A stretch of DNA of 64,000 nt from Candidatus Woesearchaeota archaeon (GCA_016187465.1 JACPJQ010000007.1:127818-191817), one strand, 5' to 3'; counted from the stretch's first letter, positions 9,617 to 18,392 are shown. The notes: generated by a model from the sequence alone, not told the origin. Numbers and translations: made by a program.

Positions 9617-10690
9617 TCAATTTATGGTTAATAAATCTTTTGATGTCTTTGTTAAAACTATGGGGTTATTTTTGAATAGAATAGTGTCTTCAATCCTTAT
9701 CCCGAATTTTCTTGGGATGTAAACCCCGGGCTCGATTGTGAAAACCATGTTGTTTTTTATCCTGTCCTTGGAGTTTAATGTGAGGTTTGGCATCTCATGT
9801 ATCTCTACACCAACACCATGGCCAAGCCCATGCGTGAAGTATTTTCGCTTATGACCGAGATTTTTGACTGCAAAATCATATAATTCAGAGCATTTTTTGT
9901 TGTTTTTTACTTGATTGATTGAGTTATTTTGGATTGAAAGAAGTGTGTTGTATGTTTCTCTTTCTTCCCTATTCGGATTGCCAACATAGATTGTTCTGGT
10001 TATATCTGAGCAATATCCATTGTACTTCACACCAAAATCCAAAACGCAAAAGCCATTTTTTATTTTCATGTTTAACGGCTCATGGTGCGGCATACTTGCA
10101 TTGCTTCCGGATGCGACAATCGGGCTGAAGGAAAGCTCCAGGCCGAGTTTTTTTGTCTCGTATTCCAGAAAAGCTGCTGCTTCTGACTCTGTCCTGAAAT
10201 CCTTGAAATTTCTTATAGCTTTCTGGATTATTTTATCAGCGCAGCTGCAGGATTTTCTCAGAAATTTTATTTCTTTGTCAGTCTTTATCGTCCTTAACTT
10301 AAGGCAGTCCAGCGCTAAGTCGATTGCTTTGGCTTTTTTGAACTGCTTTTTGAAATGCCTGTAGGAATTTAATGTGAAATTGTTTTTATCGATTGCAATT
10401 TTTTTGATTTTTAATTTGTTTTTTTTCATAATTCCGTAAATCGATTCAAAAAATCTCTTCTTTTCCATTGAACATGCTCTTTTGATCATGGAGTTTTTTG
10501 CCCTTTGCAACTCCATATAGGGAGTAATAAGAAATGGCGGTTTTTTGGACGGAATGATCAATGCCCCCAATCCTTTGTACCCGGAAAAATAAAACATGTT
10601 TGGGTTAATTTTTATTGGGTCGGAATTATAGAATAAAGCGGCATCTGCCCCTTTCTTCTGCAAAATTGACTTCAATTCGTTAATTTTCAT
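9617..10690 (-). CDS. Xaa-Pro peptidase (M24B)
   Basis: DFGV..YCSDITRT, HGLGHGVG.EIHE, TIEPGVY and GIRIEDT motifs. Confidence 0.92.
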   Translation of the reverse strand: MKINELKSILQKKGADAALFYNSDPIKINPNMFYFSGYKGLGALIIPSKKPPFLITPYMELQRAKNSMIKRACSMEKKRFFESIYGIMKKNKLKIKKIAIDKNNFTLNSYRHFKKQFKKAKAIDLALDCLKLRTIKTDKEIKFLRKSCSCADKIIQKAIRNFKDFRTESEAAAFLEYETKKLGLELSFSPIVASGSNASMPHHEPLNMKIKNGFCVLDFGVKYNGYCSDITRTIYVGNPNREERETYNTLLSIQNNSINQVKNNKKCSELYDFAVKNLGHKRKYFTHGLGHGVGVEIHEMPNLTLNSKDRIKNNMVFTIEPGVYIPRKFGIRIEDTILFKNNPIVLTKTSKDLLTIN

Positions 10691-10735
10691 TTTAATTCAA
10701 AAATCTTATATACCATTTAAAGTTTTTTCTATTTT

Positions 10736-11944
10736 ATGCAAAAATACAGGCTTAAAAACGGAATTACGGTTGTTTTTGAGAGAAACTCCTCAAAATCTGT
10801 TGCTGTTGAAGTTATGTTTAAATTCGGCTCCAATTTTGAGAATAAAAAGACTCTTGGATTGGCGCATTTTCTTGAGCACATGCTTTTCGAAGGCACAAAA
10901 AAAAGGAAGAGCAGCAGGGAGATTGCAAATGAAATAGAGAAATATGGCGGGGAGTTCAATGCCTACACAACAGGCGACAGGACTGCCTTCTTCATAAAAA
11001 TAATCAACAAGAGGTTTGAAACTGCTTTGGACATTTTGTCTGACATGGTTGCCAATCCGCTGTTTGATGAGAAGATACTCGAGAAGGAAAAGCAAGTGGT
11101 GCTGAAAGAGATTAACATGGTCACAGACGATCCAAGGCTCCACCAGTGGATATTGTTCCAAAAAATATTGTTTGACAGGCACCCTGCAAAAAATCCTACT
11201 TACGGCAGCATAGAAACTGTAAAGGCACTTGACAAGGAGCATGTCGCTTCCTATTATTACTCGCATTATATTCCGAACAACATGATAATTTCAGTTTCCG
11301 GAAATGTCAGCAATGTTGGGAAGATAATTGAAGAATATTTTGGAAAGCTCAAGCCCAGAAAGCTGATTACAAGGCCAATTGTGAATGAGCCGCCTCAGGC
11401 CAAAATCAAAAAATTTGTTGAGAAAAAGAAAACTTTAAACTCTTATATGGTGCTGGGCTACAAGACTGTTTCCAGGCTTCACAAGGACAGCTATGTTTTT
11501 GATATCATAACTGCAATCCTCGGCAGAGGGCAGTCAGGATGGGTTTTTGACGAGATAAGAAACAAGAGGGGGCTGGCTTACCAGGTTGGAGTCAACAGCG
11601 AGATGGAATCTGATTATGGGATGTTTGCAGTTTATACAGGACTTGACAAGAAAAACATAGAGAAGGCAAAAGAGATTATTCTGCAGCAGTTCAGAAGGCT
11701 TGAAACATTAACCAGCAAAGATTTGGAAGAGGCGAAAACCTACATCGAGGGGAATAATGCCCTGCAGACAGAGGACAATCTGCATCACGCAGACAATCTC
11801 GCTTTCTGGGAGTCGATAAAGGACGCCAAGCTTTTTTATTCTTATTTGCAGAATGTAAAAAAAGTTACATCTGAAGACGTAAAGAGGATTGCAGGGAAAT
11901 ACCTGAATCAGAATTATACGTTGGTGGTGATTGAGCAGAAATGA
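10736..11944 (+). CDS. M16 zinc peptidase (insulinase family)
   Basis: Inverted zinc motif HFLEH, FNAYT, EIRNKRGLAY. Confidence 0.92.
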   Translation: MQKYRLKNGITVVFERNSSKSVAVEVMFKFGSNFENKKTLGLAHFLEHMLFEGTKKRKSSREIANEIEKYGGEFNAYTTGDRTAFFIKIINKRFETALDILSDMVANPLFDEKILEKEKQVVLKEINMVTDDPRLHQWILFQKILFDRHPAKNPTYGSIETVKALDKEHVASYYYSHYIPNNMIISVSGNVSNVGKIIEEYFGKLKPRKLITRPIVNEPPQAKIKKFVEKKKTLNSYMVLGYKTVSRLHKDSYVFDIITAILGRGQSGWVFDEIRNKRGLAYQVGVNSEMESDYGMFAVYTGLDKKNIEKAKEIILQQFRRLETLTSKDLEEAKTYIEGNNALQTEDNLHHADNLAFWESIKDAKLFYSYLQNVKKVTSEDVKRIAGKYLNQNYTLVVIEQK

Positions 11945-13018
11945 TCATCTAGTCACTTCAAACTTTTTTATAGTATGCAGCAGTTTCTTTAATCTGTCGT
12001 CTTTCTCAAAAGCTTCCCTTACGGGATTTGTCATCTCGTTTATGTAGAAAGCAACTGCATTCTTCAAATCCATTGGGTGGATTTTACCTTCTTTGTAAAG
12101 ATTTTCAAGTTCTGCATAATTTTCTATTACAATATCTCCTCCGAATTTTTCATGCCTTTTTATCTCAATTGTGCTGAATTTCTCGAAGATTAGGTATTTT
12201 GAGTACTCAAGTATGGGATTTTCCTCTGTGATTTTTGCAGGGCAGTAAGCTTTTGCAATCTTTCTCCTGATGTCGTCTTCTGAATCGTTCATGAATATTG
12301 CCTTGTCCGGGTTGGTTTTTGACATTTTTAATTTAAGAATCCTGTCTTCATCCTGCTCTTTTGGAGGCTCTCCCAAGCCCATGAGCATGTGATGGCTCAC
12401 AACAACGGGCTTCGAAAAGCCAAGAGAAGGGGCCAGCTCTCTTGCCAGGATGTTCACTTTCCTCTGGTCCATTCCTAATTGGCAGATATCCGCTTCCAAA
12501 TGAAAAATGTCAGCTGCCTGCATGCAGGGATAAAGTATTTGGGAAGCCTGCTGAACATCAGATTCTTTCCTTCCCATTATCTGGCCTGTCCTTATGATTC
12601 TTTTTACTGTTGAGTTTCTTGCAACCTGCATGACTTTCTTCCAGTATTCCGGCTCCTTGACATAATCGCTTACCCATATGAATTCAACATTTTTCAGGTC
12701 CATGCCGCAGTGCTTCCAGACTTCAATGAGGTATTTTCCCACAAGCTGTATTTTCTCCAGATCTCCGCACAGCTTGTTGTTTGCCCATGCATGCCAGTCT
12801 GCAACCAGCATCTTGAATTTTATTCCGGCCTTTGTCATCCTGTTGATGTTTATTGCCCTTAGAATTCCCTGCGCAATGTGTATATCTGTACCGGAAGGCT
12901 CGAAGCCGTCATAAGCTGTTGGATGCTCTTTTGTCTTTAATAAGTGCCTTAGCTCTTCCTCTGTTATTATTTCCTCTCCGACTTGCCTTATCAGCTCAAG
13001 CTTTGTTTCAATATCCAT
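11945..13018 (-). CDS. tyrS: tyrosyl-tRNA synthetase (archaeal type)
   Basis: YDGFEPSG, HIAQ (HIGH-like), YPCMQAADI, GMDQRK, KMSKT. Confidence 0.95.
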   Translation of the reverse strand: MDIETKLELIRQVGEEIITEEELRHLLKTKEHPTAYDGFEPSGTDIHIAQGILRAININRMTKAGIKFKMLVADWHAWANNKLCGDLEKIQLVGKYLIEVWKHCGMDLKNVEFIWVSDYVKEPEYWKKVMQVARNSTVKRIIRTGQIMGRKESDVQQASQILYPCMQAADIFHLEADICQLGMDQRKVNILARELAPSLGFSKPVVVSHHMLMGLGEPPKEQDEDRILKLKMSKTNPDKAIFMNDSEDDIRRKIAKAYCPAKITEENPILEYSKYLIFEKFSTIEIKRHEKFGGDIVIENYAELENLYKEGKIHPMDLKNAVAFYINEMTNPVREAFEKDDRLKKLLHTIKKFEVTR

Positions 13019-13225
13019 GATACATTTGTTAATTTTATTGTTTATATTTAAAGTTTTATATTGATTTTTGAATTTTTATTGTTAATTGTATATACTGAAC
13101 GTGCCCTATTGGCAAGGGCAAGAAGAACAAGAACATTATATTTAGATTATTAAAAATAAATATGCTTCGCAATTCTAGTACTCGGCTTTCGCCCTTGTAC
13201 ATTACGCTCAAGCCCCGCCATACAT

Positions 13226-13474
13226 TCACTGAGTCTGGACTTTCCTTAAAACCATTTGGGATACTATTCCAAGAGAAACTCCGAGTATTTCCAAAGAGAA
13301 AAAGATGACTGTGCTGAAGGGCAGATTGCTTACATAAGTGCTGAATCCTGTAGTGCTTGAAATCACATTTCCGGTCGGTATTACGCTTGCAGGAGTCCCA
13401 TCAGGCCCATATATTGGCAGCATAAAGTAAACAAGCAAAGCAACTAACGCTCCTATGTATGCTCCTTCTTTCAT
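13226..13474 (-). CDS. small two-TM membrane protein
   Basis: 82 aa with two hydrophobic segments; TTTATA box upstream. Confidence 0.65.
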   Translation of the reverse strand: MKEGAYIGALVALLVYFMLPIYGPDGTPASVIPTGNVISSTTGFSTYVSNLPFSTVIFFSLEILGVSLGIVSQMVLRKVQTQ

Positions 13475-13531
13475 AAAGTATCTATCTAAGTTTTAGAATA
13501 TAAATGTTGCGGTTTGGAAGAATAAGATTTT

Positions 13532-14218
13532 TTATTCCCAGTTCAAGTTAACTCCTTTATTTTCTAATTCTCTTTCTAACTGATCACTTAGATTGTGAAA
13601 ATCGTCGTTGCTTAATTCTACTAAGATATACTTATTCTTCCTATAGAAATCCTTCTTCTTTTGCTTTAAATTTTGATAATCTTTTTCTTCTGAACCCCAG
13701 TATTCGATGTAAATCCCTTGATCCGGTAAGAAGAAATCAGGATAAAACTCTTCGCCATTTTTGCTAACTCTTTTTTCATATATAAATCTTATTTTGTTTT
13801 TGAATAAAAAATCAGCAATCATAACTTCTCCACGTGACCTAACGTAATGTCCATCTTGCGTTCTAAAATTTGAAGGATATTTTTTCCTGTAATCTCTGGT
13901 TTTACTTGATTGAAGTTCTATTTGTTTTTGTTTTATAATATTAATATTATCCGTTTTACTTTTCTCTTCACATTGACCACACAACTTCCTTTCGTCTTTT
14001 TTAAATCTGCCACATTTTATACAAGCTAAAAATGTCCCATTATCAAAATTTTCTCTACAATCCCAACATAAAGGGTATCCACCGGATTTCTTACCGCACA
14101 ACTTACACGTAGAGCTACTAATATTTGTATCTAATTGCTCTTGAATCTCCCTCCAACAATCCTTGCATAGATTATAATCTCCAGAATTTGCAGCACATCT
14201 TTTACACAAATTAGCCAT
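13532..14218 (-). CDS. Cys-rich (three CxxC..CxxC repeats) protein with C-terminal PD-(D/E)xK-type nuclease domain
   Basis: CKRC..CKDC, CKLC..CWDC, CIKC..CGQC; DGHYVRSRGE..IADFL..YPDFFLP..IYIEYWG. Confidence 0.7.
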   Translation of the reverse strand: MANLCKRCAANSGDYNLCKDCWREIQEQLDTNISSSTCKLCGKKSGGYPLCWDCRENFDNGTFLACIKCGRFKKDERKLCGQCEEKSKTDNINIIKQKQIELQSSKTRDYRKKYPSNFRTQDGHYVRSRGEVMIADFLFKNKIRFIYEKRVSKNGEEFYPDFFLPDQGIYIEYWGSEEKDYQNLKQKKKDFYRKNKYILVELSNDDFHNLSDQLERELENKGVNLNWE

Positions 14219-14311
14219 GGATGTTAAAATTAAGTAATGTTATTTATATTTATCTACCACTGGACATCTCCTGACGCAAGCTTTATAAAAGTGCATTTCT
14301 CAGTGTTTGTT

Positions 14312-15163
14312 ATGAAAATCTCTGTTTCGTTGTTATCCTCTTATCTGTATTGCTCCAGAAAGCTGTTTCTTGAGAAAGTGCTTCTTCTTGAAGAGCCTCC
14401 GAAGGAAAGCATAGTGATGGGCTCGATAAGGCATGAAACTTATGACAAAATAAACAAGTCAGAGGAGCAGATAGTAATTTCAATAACAAAAAAGGCAACT
14501 TTGGAAGGCATACAGGAGATGTACAGGCAGAAATACCTGCAGATACTCAGGAAAGCCATAGCTGACAGCAGGGAAAGGCTGAAAAATGTCAATTTGAACA
14601 TGCTTGATGCCTACAGGAAGAGCTTTCCTTTCATAATGGAAGAGTCTGTAATGAGGGCAAATAACATTTTCAGCTTTATAGAAGCCAATAATGTGTATGG
14701 GGAAGAGTTATGGCAGAAATTGACTCCTAAAATACTGTCAGAGTTAAGGATTGACTCTGATGAGCTAAAGCTGAAAGGCATTATAGACCAAGTCCATGTT
14801 TATGGCAATGAATACGTGCCTTTCGAGCTTAAAACAGGCAGAACCCCAAGCGATGGAGTCTGGCCGTCACACAGGATACAGATAGCGGCTTATTCATTGC
14901 TTTTGCAGGAGCATTTCAATAAGCAAGTAAAAGAAGGCTTTGTTGTTTATCTCGATACAAAAGATAAAAGGCATATTGCAATAAACCCATATATGAAAGA
15001 GGAGGTAAAGCAGATGGTTGACGAGGTTATTGCGCTGCTTGAAAGCAGGGAACTGCCGGATTTTTGCAATAACGAAAACAAATGCAGGAAATGCGGCTTA
15101 AAGTCAACTTGCTATGATGAAGAAGAAGTTAATAATTTGCTGAAGATAAGGGTTTCAAGCTGA
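14312..15163 (+). CDS. cas4: stand-alone Cas4-family exonuclease
   Basis: YLYCSRK, GSIRHE, LKGIID, ELKTG, QIAAY and C-terminal C..C..C Fe-S ligands; no array or other cas genes in the window. Confidence 0.85.
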   Translation: MKISVSLLSSYLYCSRKLFLEKVLLLEEPPKESIVMGSIRHETYDKINKSEEQIVISITKKATLEGIQEMYRQKYLQILRKAIADSRERLKNVNLNMLDAYRKSFPFIMEESVMRANNIFSFIEANNVYGEELWQKLTPKILSELRIDSDELKLKGIIDQVHVYGNEYVPFELKTGRTPSDGVWPSHRIQIAAYSLLLQEHFNKQVKEGFVVYLDTKDKRHIAINPYMKEEVKQMVDEVIALLESRELPDFCNNENKCRKCGLKSTCYDEEEVNNLLKIRVSS

Positions 15164-15181
15164 ATTTAACGATTGAAATAA

Positions 15182-15221
15182 GGTATTGGTAAATCACTGG
15201 CTGGTAAGAGTCGGCTGGTAA
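15182..15221 (+). repeat. left terminal inverted repeat
   Basis: GGTATTGGTAAATCACTGGCTGGTAAGAGTCGGCTGGTAA, with CTGGTAA occurring twice. Confidence 0.9.
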
Positions 15222-15234
15222 GAAGTGACTGATT

Positions 15235-15780
15235 TTATTCTTCCTTTACTTCTTCAAACCATGTTTCAAATAAATTATAAAGTGGTTCAAACATCGCACA
15301 GAAAAAAGCGACCATGAGTAAAATATCTTCAGGTTTTTTAACATAAATTTTAGGAATGTTTTCAGTGTATTTGTCCTTGTCTAATGTTAGAATAATCATT
15401 GTGTAACCAATTTTGGAATATTCTTCTGCCACTTCTTTTACTGCCACAATTTCATCCATTTCAACACTTGGGTCAACTTCAATTATTGAAAACAGGGAAT
15501 TAATCATTCTTATAAATGTAGGACTGCTTACATATTTTTTCTTATCTTTTTTGAGTGCAATTAACACATCTACTGGCAAAAATATATCCATTGGAATTTT
15601 ATTCTTCTTAACGAATCCTAATAAATCAACAAAGACTTTAGTTGCCTTAGAATCATCATCTGTCCCTTCGAGCCATCCAACAATAAAAGATTTATCTATA
15701 GCATATTTTACTTTAGACTTATCCTTTGGTAATCCCTCATCTTCCAGATATTTTATGATTTCTTTTAATGAGGGTGGCAA
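15235..15780 (-). CDS. passenger protein, PIN-domain-like
   Basis: TTG start with AGGAGGT SD; YAIDKSFI, IILTLDKD and VKKPED resemble PIN strands but are degenerate. Confidence 0.55.
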   Translation of the reverse strand: MPPSLKEIIKYLEDEGLPKDKSKVKYAIDKSFIVGWLEGTDDDSKATKVFVDLLGFVKKNKIPMDIFLPVDVLIALKKDKKKYVSSPTFIRMINSLFSIIEVDPSVEMDEIVAVKEVAEEYSKIGYTMIILTLDKDKYTENIPKIYVKKPEDILLMVAFFCAMFEPLYNLFETWFEEVKEE

Positions 15781-15805
15781 TGAATTTTAACCTCCTAAGA
15801 AAATC

Positions 15806-15991
15806 TTAAATGTTTTTTTCGTTTTTCAATTTTGAAATAAGATGCTTTGTGAGAGAATTGTCTGGCAAAGTTTCTTTCGTGATTTTCATTTTTGAATGTG
15901 GCTCATTCTTTACAATAACCAAATTCTTATCTGGGTCTTCTTCAAAATCGTACAAGTTCGATGTTAGCCATTCTTTTTCTAATTTTGCCAT
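15806..15991 (-). CDS. small passenger protein (possible antitoxin)
   Basis: 61 aa ORF immediately upstream of, and co-oriented with, the PIN-like gene. Confidence 0.5.
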   Translation of the reverse strand: MAKLEKEWLTSNLYDFEEDPDKNLVIVKNEPHSKMKITKETLPDNSLTKHLISKLKNEKNI

Positions 15992-16181
15992 TTTTGGTAT
16001 TTAATGAATTTTATAATATATATTTTTTGCCTATATGAGTCATATATTTAGCCAAAATCTGATTCAAAAAAAAAGTCATTATCTTCATCTTTGGCAAAAC
16101 CCTTTTTGTTGGCGGAAAATATGCTATTAACATACTTTCAAACATTGAATTGGGATACCTATATAAATACCTTTTGTTTTT

Positions 16182-16259
16182 ATTTGCCTCAAAACTGCCA
16201 TTTATCTCAAAAGTCCCAATTCTGCCTCAAAAGTGGAAGTTTTGCCTAAAAAGTGATTG
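16182..16259 (+). repeat. four degenerate direct repeats, 18-20 bp period
   Basis: ATTTGCCTCAAAACT, ATTTATCTCAAAAGT, TTCTGCCTCAAAAGT, TTTTGCCTAAAAAGT. Confidence 0.6.
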
Positions 16260-16305
16260 TTGAAAGTGGAACAAATACAACAAAATAGGAAACATTTATA
16301 TACTT

Positions 16306-16719
16306 ATGTCCACTCTTGTCCCTTCTATGACACAGCGAAACAATCAGGAGAGGATTCTTATTTTCCTTAGTAGAAAATCTCCGTCGAGAATTGGAGAAAT
16401 TGTGGATGAAGCTGTCATTAAGCGTATATCCTCACAAGTCTTCTTAAAGCGACTCACAGAATTAGGATTCATTGAAAGAGTAGGTTATGGTCAATACTCC
16501 ATCACTGAAAAAGGTAAAGAAGAAGCGAAAAAGATTTTGACTCGCACCGACGGAAAAATCAATCAAGAAGAGAAAACAGAAATAAAAGAAGAAGATAATC
16601 ATTCAGATACCACTCTCAAAAATATAGATGATATTGACCTTATTATCCAATTAAAGAAAAGGTATGGAAATGAAGAACTCATTAAACGTCTAAAGAAGAT
16701 GATAAAATTATTAGAATAA
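16306..16719 (+). CDS. winged-helix DNA-binding protein
   Basis: ILIFL...IGEIVDE...LKRLTELGFIERVGYGQYSITEKG winged-helix pattern. Confidence 0.8.
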   Translation: MSTLVPSMTQRNNQERILIFLSRKSPSRIGEIVDEAVIKRISSQVFLKRLTELGFIERVGYGQYSITEKGKEEAKKILTRTDGKINQEEKTEIKEEDNHSDTTLKNIDDIDLIIQLKKRYGNEELIKRLKKMIKLLE

Positions 16720-16722
16720 TTT

Positions 16723-16851
16723 TCCTCTGAGTCTGAGGAGGGAGGACTCTATGGGGGTTAGCATCCAACCCGAACATGCTTGCCAAGTGTGAATCGGTGG
16801 TAGCCAGATGCTAATCCCTGTGTCCCTTTTTTAATGTGGTAGAAACCACAT
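16723..16851 (+). ncRNA. putative structured RNA / long hairpin between convergent regulator genes
   Basis: 15-bp helix 16751-16765/16807-16821 with 3 G-U pairs, inner CCGA/TCGG and CATGCTT/AAGTGTG stems, T6 tract, second hairpin ATGTGGT/ACCACAT. Confidence 0.45.
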
Positions 16852-16886
16852 CGCTTGAATGGTAGTATTTTGACTACTTTATAAAA

Positions 16887-17042
16887 TTAACTATTTTTTC
16901 CGTTAATCATGTCCTTTTTTATCAAATTTTCCAAGTAATCTGAAATGTCAATTTCGTCGTCAATACACTTTTTCCTTACTCTTTTCCAGAGGAGTGGTTC
17001 AATCTTAATGCTGGTAGTTTTTCTTCGTATTTTTTCATCCAT
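16887..17042 (-). CDS. ribbon-helix-helix regulator (not in ORF track)
   Basis: MDEKIRRKTTSIKIEPLLWKRVRKKCIDDEIDISDYLENLIKKDMINGKNS: beta ribbon TSIKI plus two helices, divergent from the transposase. Confidence 0.8.
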   Translation of the reverse strand: MDEKIRRKTTSIKIEPLLWKRVRKKCIDDEIDISDYLENLIKKDMINGKNS

Positions 17043-17112
17043 TATACATAAAGTAGTATGGTAGTATATAAATATTTATTTACTGAAGTATATACAATTT
17101 TAGATAGATTTA

Positions 17113-17137
17113 TATAGTAGTATTACATACTACTATA
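17113..17137. promoter_or_regulatory. palindromic operator overlapping the transposase TATA box
   Basis: TATAGTAGTAT-tac-ATACTACTATA, perfect 11-bp arms, abutting TTTATATA at 17109-17116. Confidence 0.7.
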
Positions 17138-17174
17138 ATACTTAAGTAGAATAAATAACTAAAGGTGAACAAAA

Positions 17175-18317
17175 ATGCAACAAGAACAATATGAAACAAG
17201 AAAAGCAAGAAGTTTAGATATGTTAAAGTCAGGCGTTGAGCCAATAAAGAATGGCTTTAATGAGTATTTTATACCGAGCCAAGTAGAAAAGAATGTCAAA
17301 TACAAAGTTTCAATAAAGAATGGCTGGTATTCCTGCGAATGTCCCGACAACAAAGAGGGAAATTTGTGTAAGCACATTCTATTTTTGAAAACTTACTTTG
17401 CTTTGAAGTTCAAAGTACAGGAATACAAGCACAAAGTAAGCACTTCAACGCCATGCCCTTACTGCAATAGTGCCAATATCAAGAAAGATGGCTCTCGCAA
17501 AACTATAATGGGAAAGAAACAGAAATGGCTCTGCCAAGAGTGCGGAAAAAGATTTGTCAATTCGCCTGTAAGCAAGATAAAAGGCAATACTGAATGTGTC
17601 ATAACAGCGATAGACCTTTACATGAAAGGGGTTTCTTATCGTGGAATTGCTGACAGCATGAAACAATTATTCGGCTTGAAAGTAACCCATGTAACGATAA
17701 TAAACTGGGTTAATGATTATATGAGCAGAATAAATAAATATGTTGAAAGCAAAAAGCCGAATGTTTCTGACTTATGGAACGCTGACGAGCAATTCATAAA
17801 GGTAAAAGGAAAAGAAGCGTATGTTTGGAATGTGTTGGATAATGAAACGAGATTTTTATTAGCAAGTAATCAAAGCCCAACACGAACTTATGAAGATGCA
17901 AGAGAAACGTTCCAGATTGCGAAAGCAACAGCACAAAAGAAAGCCAAGACAATAGTTACTGATGGGGCTTTTAGTTATGAAAGAGCAGTAAGAAAAGAGT
18001 TTGCGACTTATGAAAATCCGAAACCCCATTATAGATATGTAAGCTTAAGACAGCATGACAGCAATAACAATGTTATAGAGAGATTTCACGAAAGTTTCAG
18101 GCAAAGGGATAAAACCATGAGGGGCTTTAAAGGGAATGAGAAGCAGTATGCCGAGAACTTTAAGACGTACTATAATTTCGTGAGAAAGCACCAAGAACTT
18201 AAGACAACCCCAGCAAAAAGGGCTGGAATAAACGAAAGCGATTTGTGGAAGGAACTACTTGAAAAATCAACAAAACAGCCGATAATTACCAGTCGGAATT
18301 TACCAGCCACAGATTAA
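17175..18317 (+). CDS. IS6/IS240-like DDE transposase with N-terminal SWIM finger and zinc ribbon
   Basis: CECPD..LCKH (SWIM), CPYC..CQEC, HTH SYRGIAD..VTHVTI, WNADE, IVTDG, NNVIERFH; the stop codon lies in the right TIR. Confidence 0.9.
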   Translation: MQQEQYETRKARSLDMLKSGVEPIKNGFNEYFIPSQVEKNVKYKVSIKNGWYSCECPDNKEGNLCKHILFLKTYFALKFKVQEYKHKVSTSTPCPYCNSANIKKDGSRKTIMGKKQKWLCQECGKRFVNSPVSKIKGNTECVITAIDLYMKGVSYRGIADSMKQLFGLKVTHVTIINWVNDYMSRINKYVESKKPNVSDLWNADEQFIKVKGKEAYVWNVLDNETRFLLASNQSPTRTYEDARETFQIAKATAQKKAKTIVTDGAFSYERAVRKEFATYENPKPHYRYVSLRQHDSNNNVIERFHESFRQRDKTMRGFKGNEKQYAENFKTYYNFVRKHQELKTTPAKRAGINESDLWKELLEKSTKQPIITSRNLPATD

Positions 18318-18325
18318 CCAATACC
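18286..18325 (-). repeat. right terminal inverted repeat
   Basis: Reverse complement GGTATTGGTTAATCTGTGGCTGGTAAATTCCGACTGGTAA. Confidence 0.9.
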
Positions 18326-18392
18326 TTGAAATAAAAACATTTAAATATAACTTGCTGTATAATCATTGCGTATTAACTGAAGAGGGATAAAC

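Larger units (their letters stand above)
15182..18325. mobile_element. IS6-like transposon carrying four passenger genes
   Basis: 40-bp imperfect TIRs (15182-15221 and 18286-18325, 32/40 match, GG...CC ends); perfect 9-bp direct repeat TTGAAATAA at 15173-15181 and 18326-18334; DDE transposase inside. Confidence 0.92.

Noticed and set aside
13020-13225. T-box riboswitch upstream of tyrS
   Set aside because: No T-box consensus or antiterminator; tyrS has its own TATA-like box about 25 nt upstream
14312-16300. CRISPR-Cas locus around cas4
   Set aside because: No cas1/cas2 and no repeat-spacer array; the nearby repeats are short, degenerate and lack spacers
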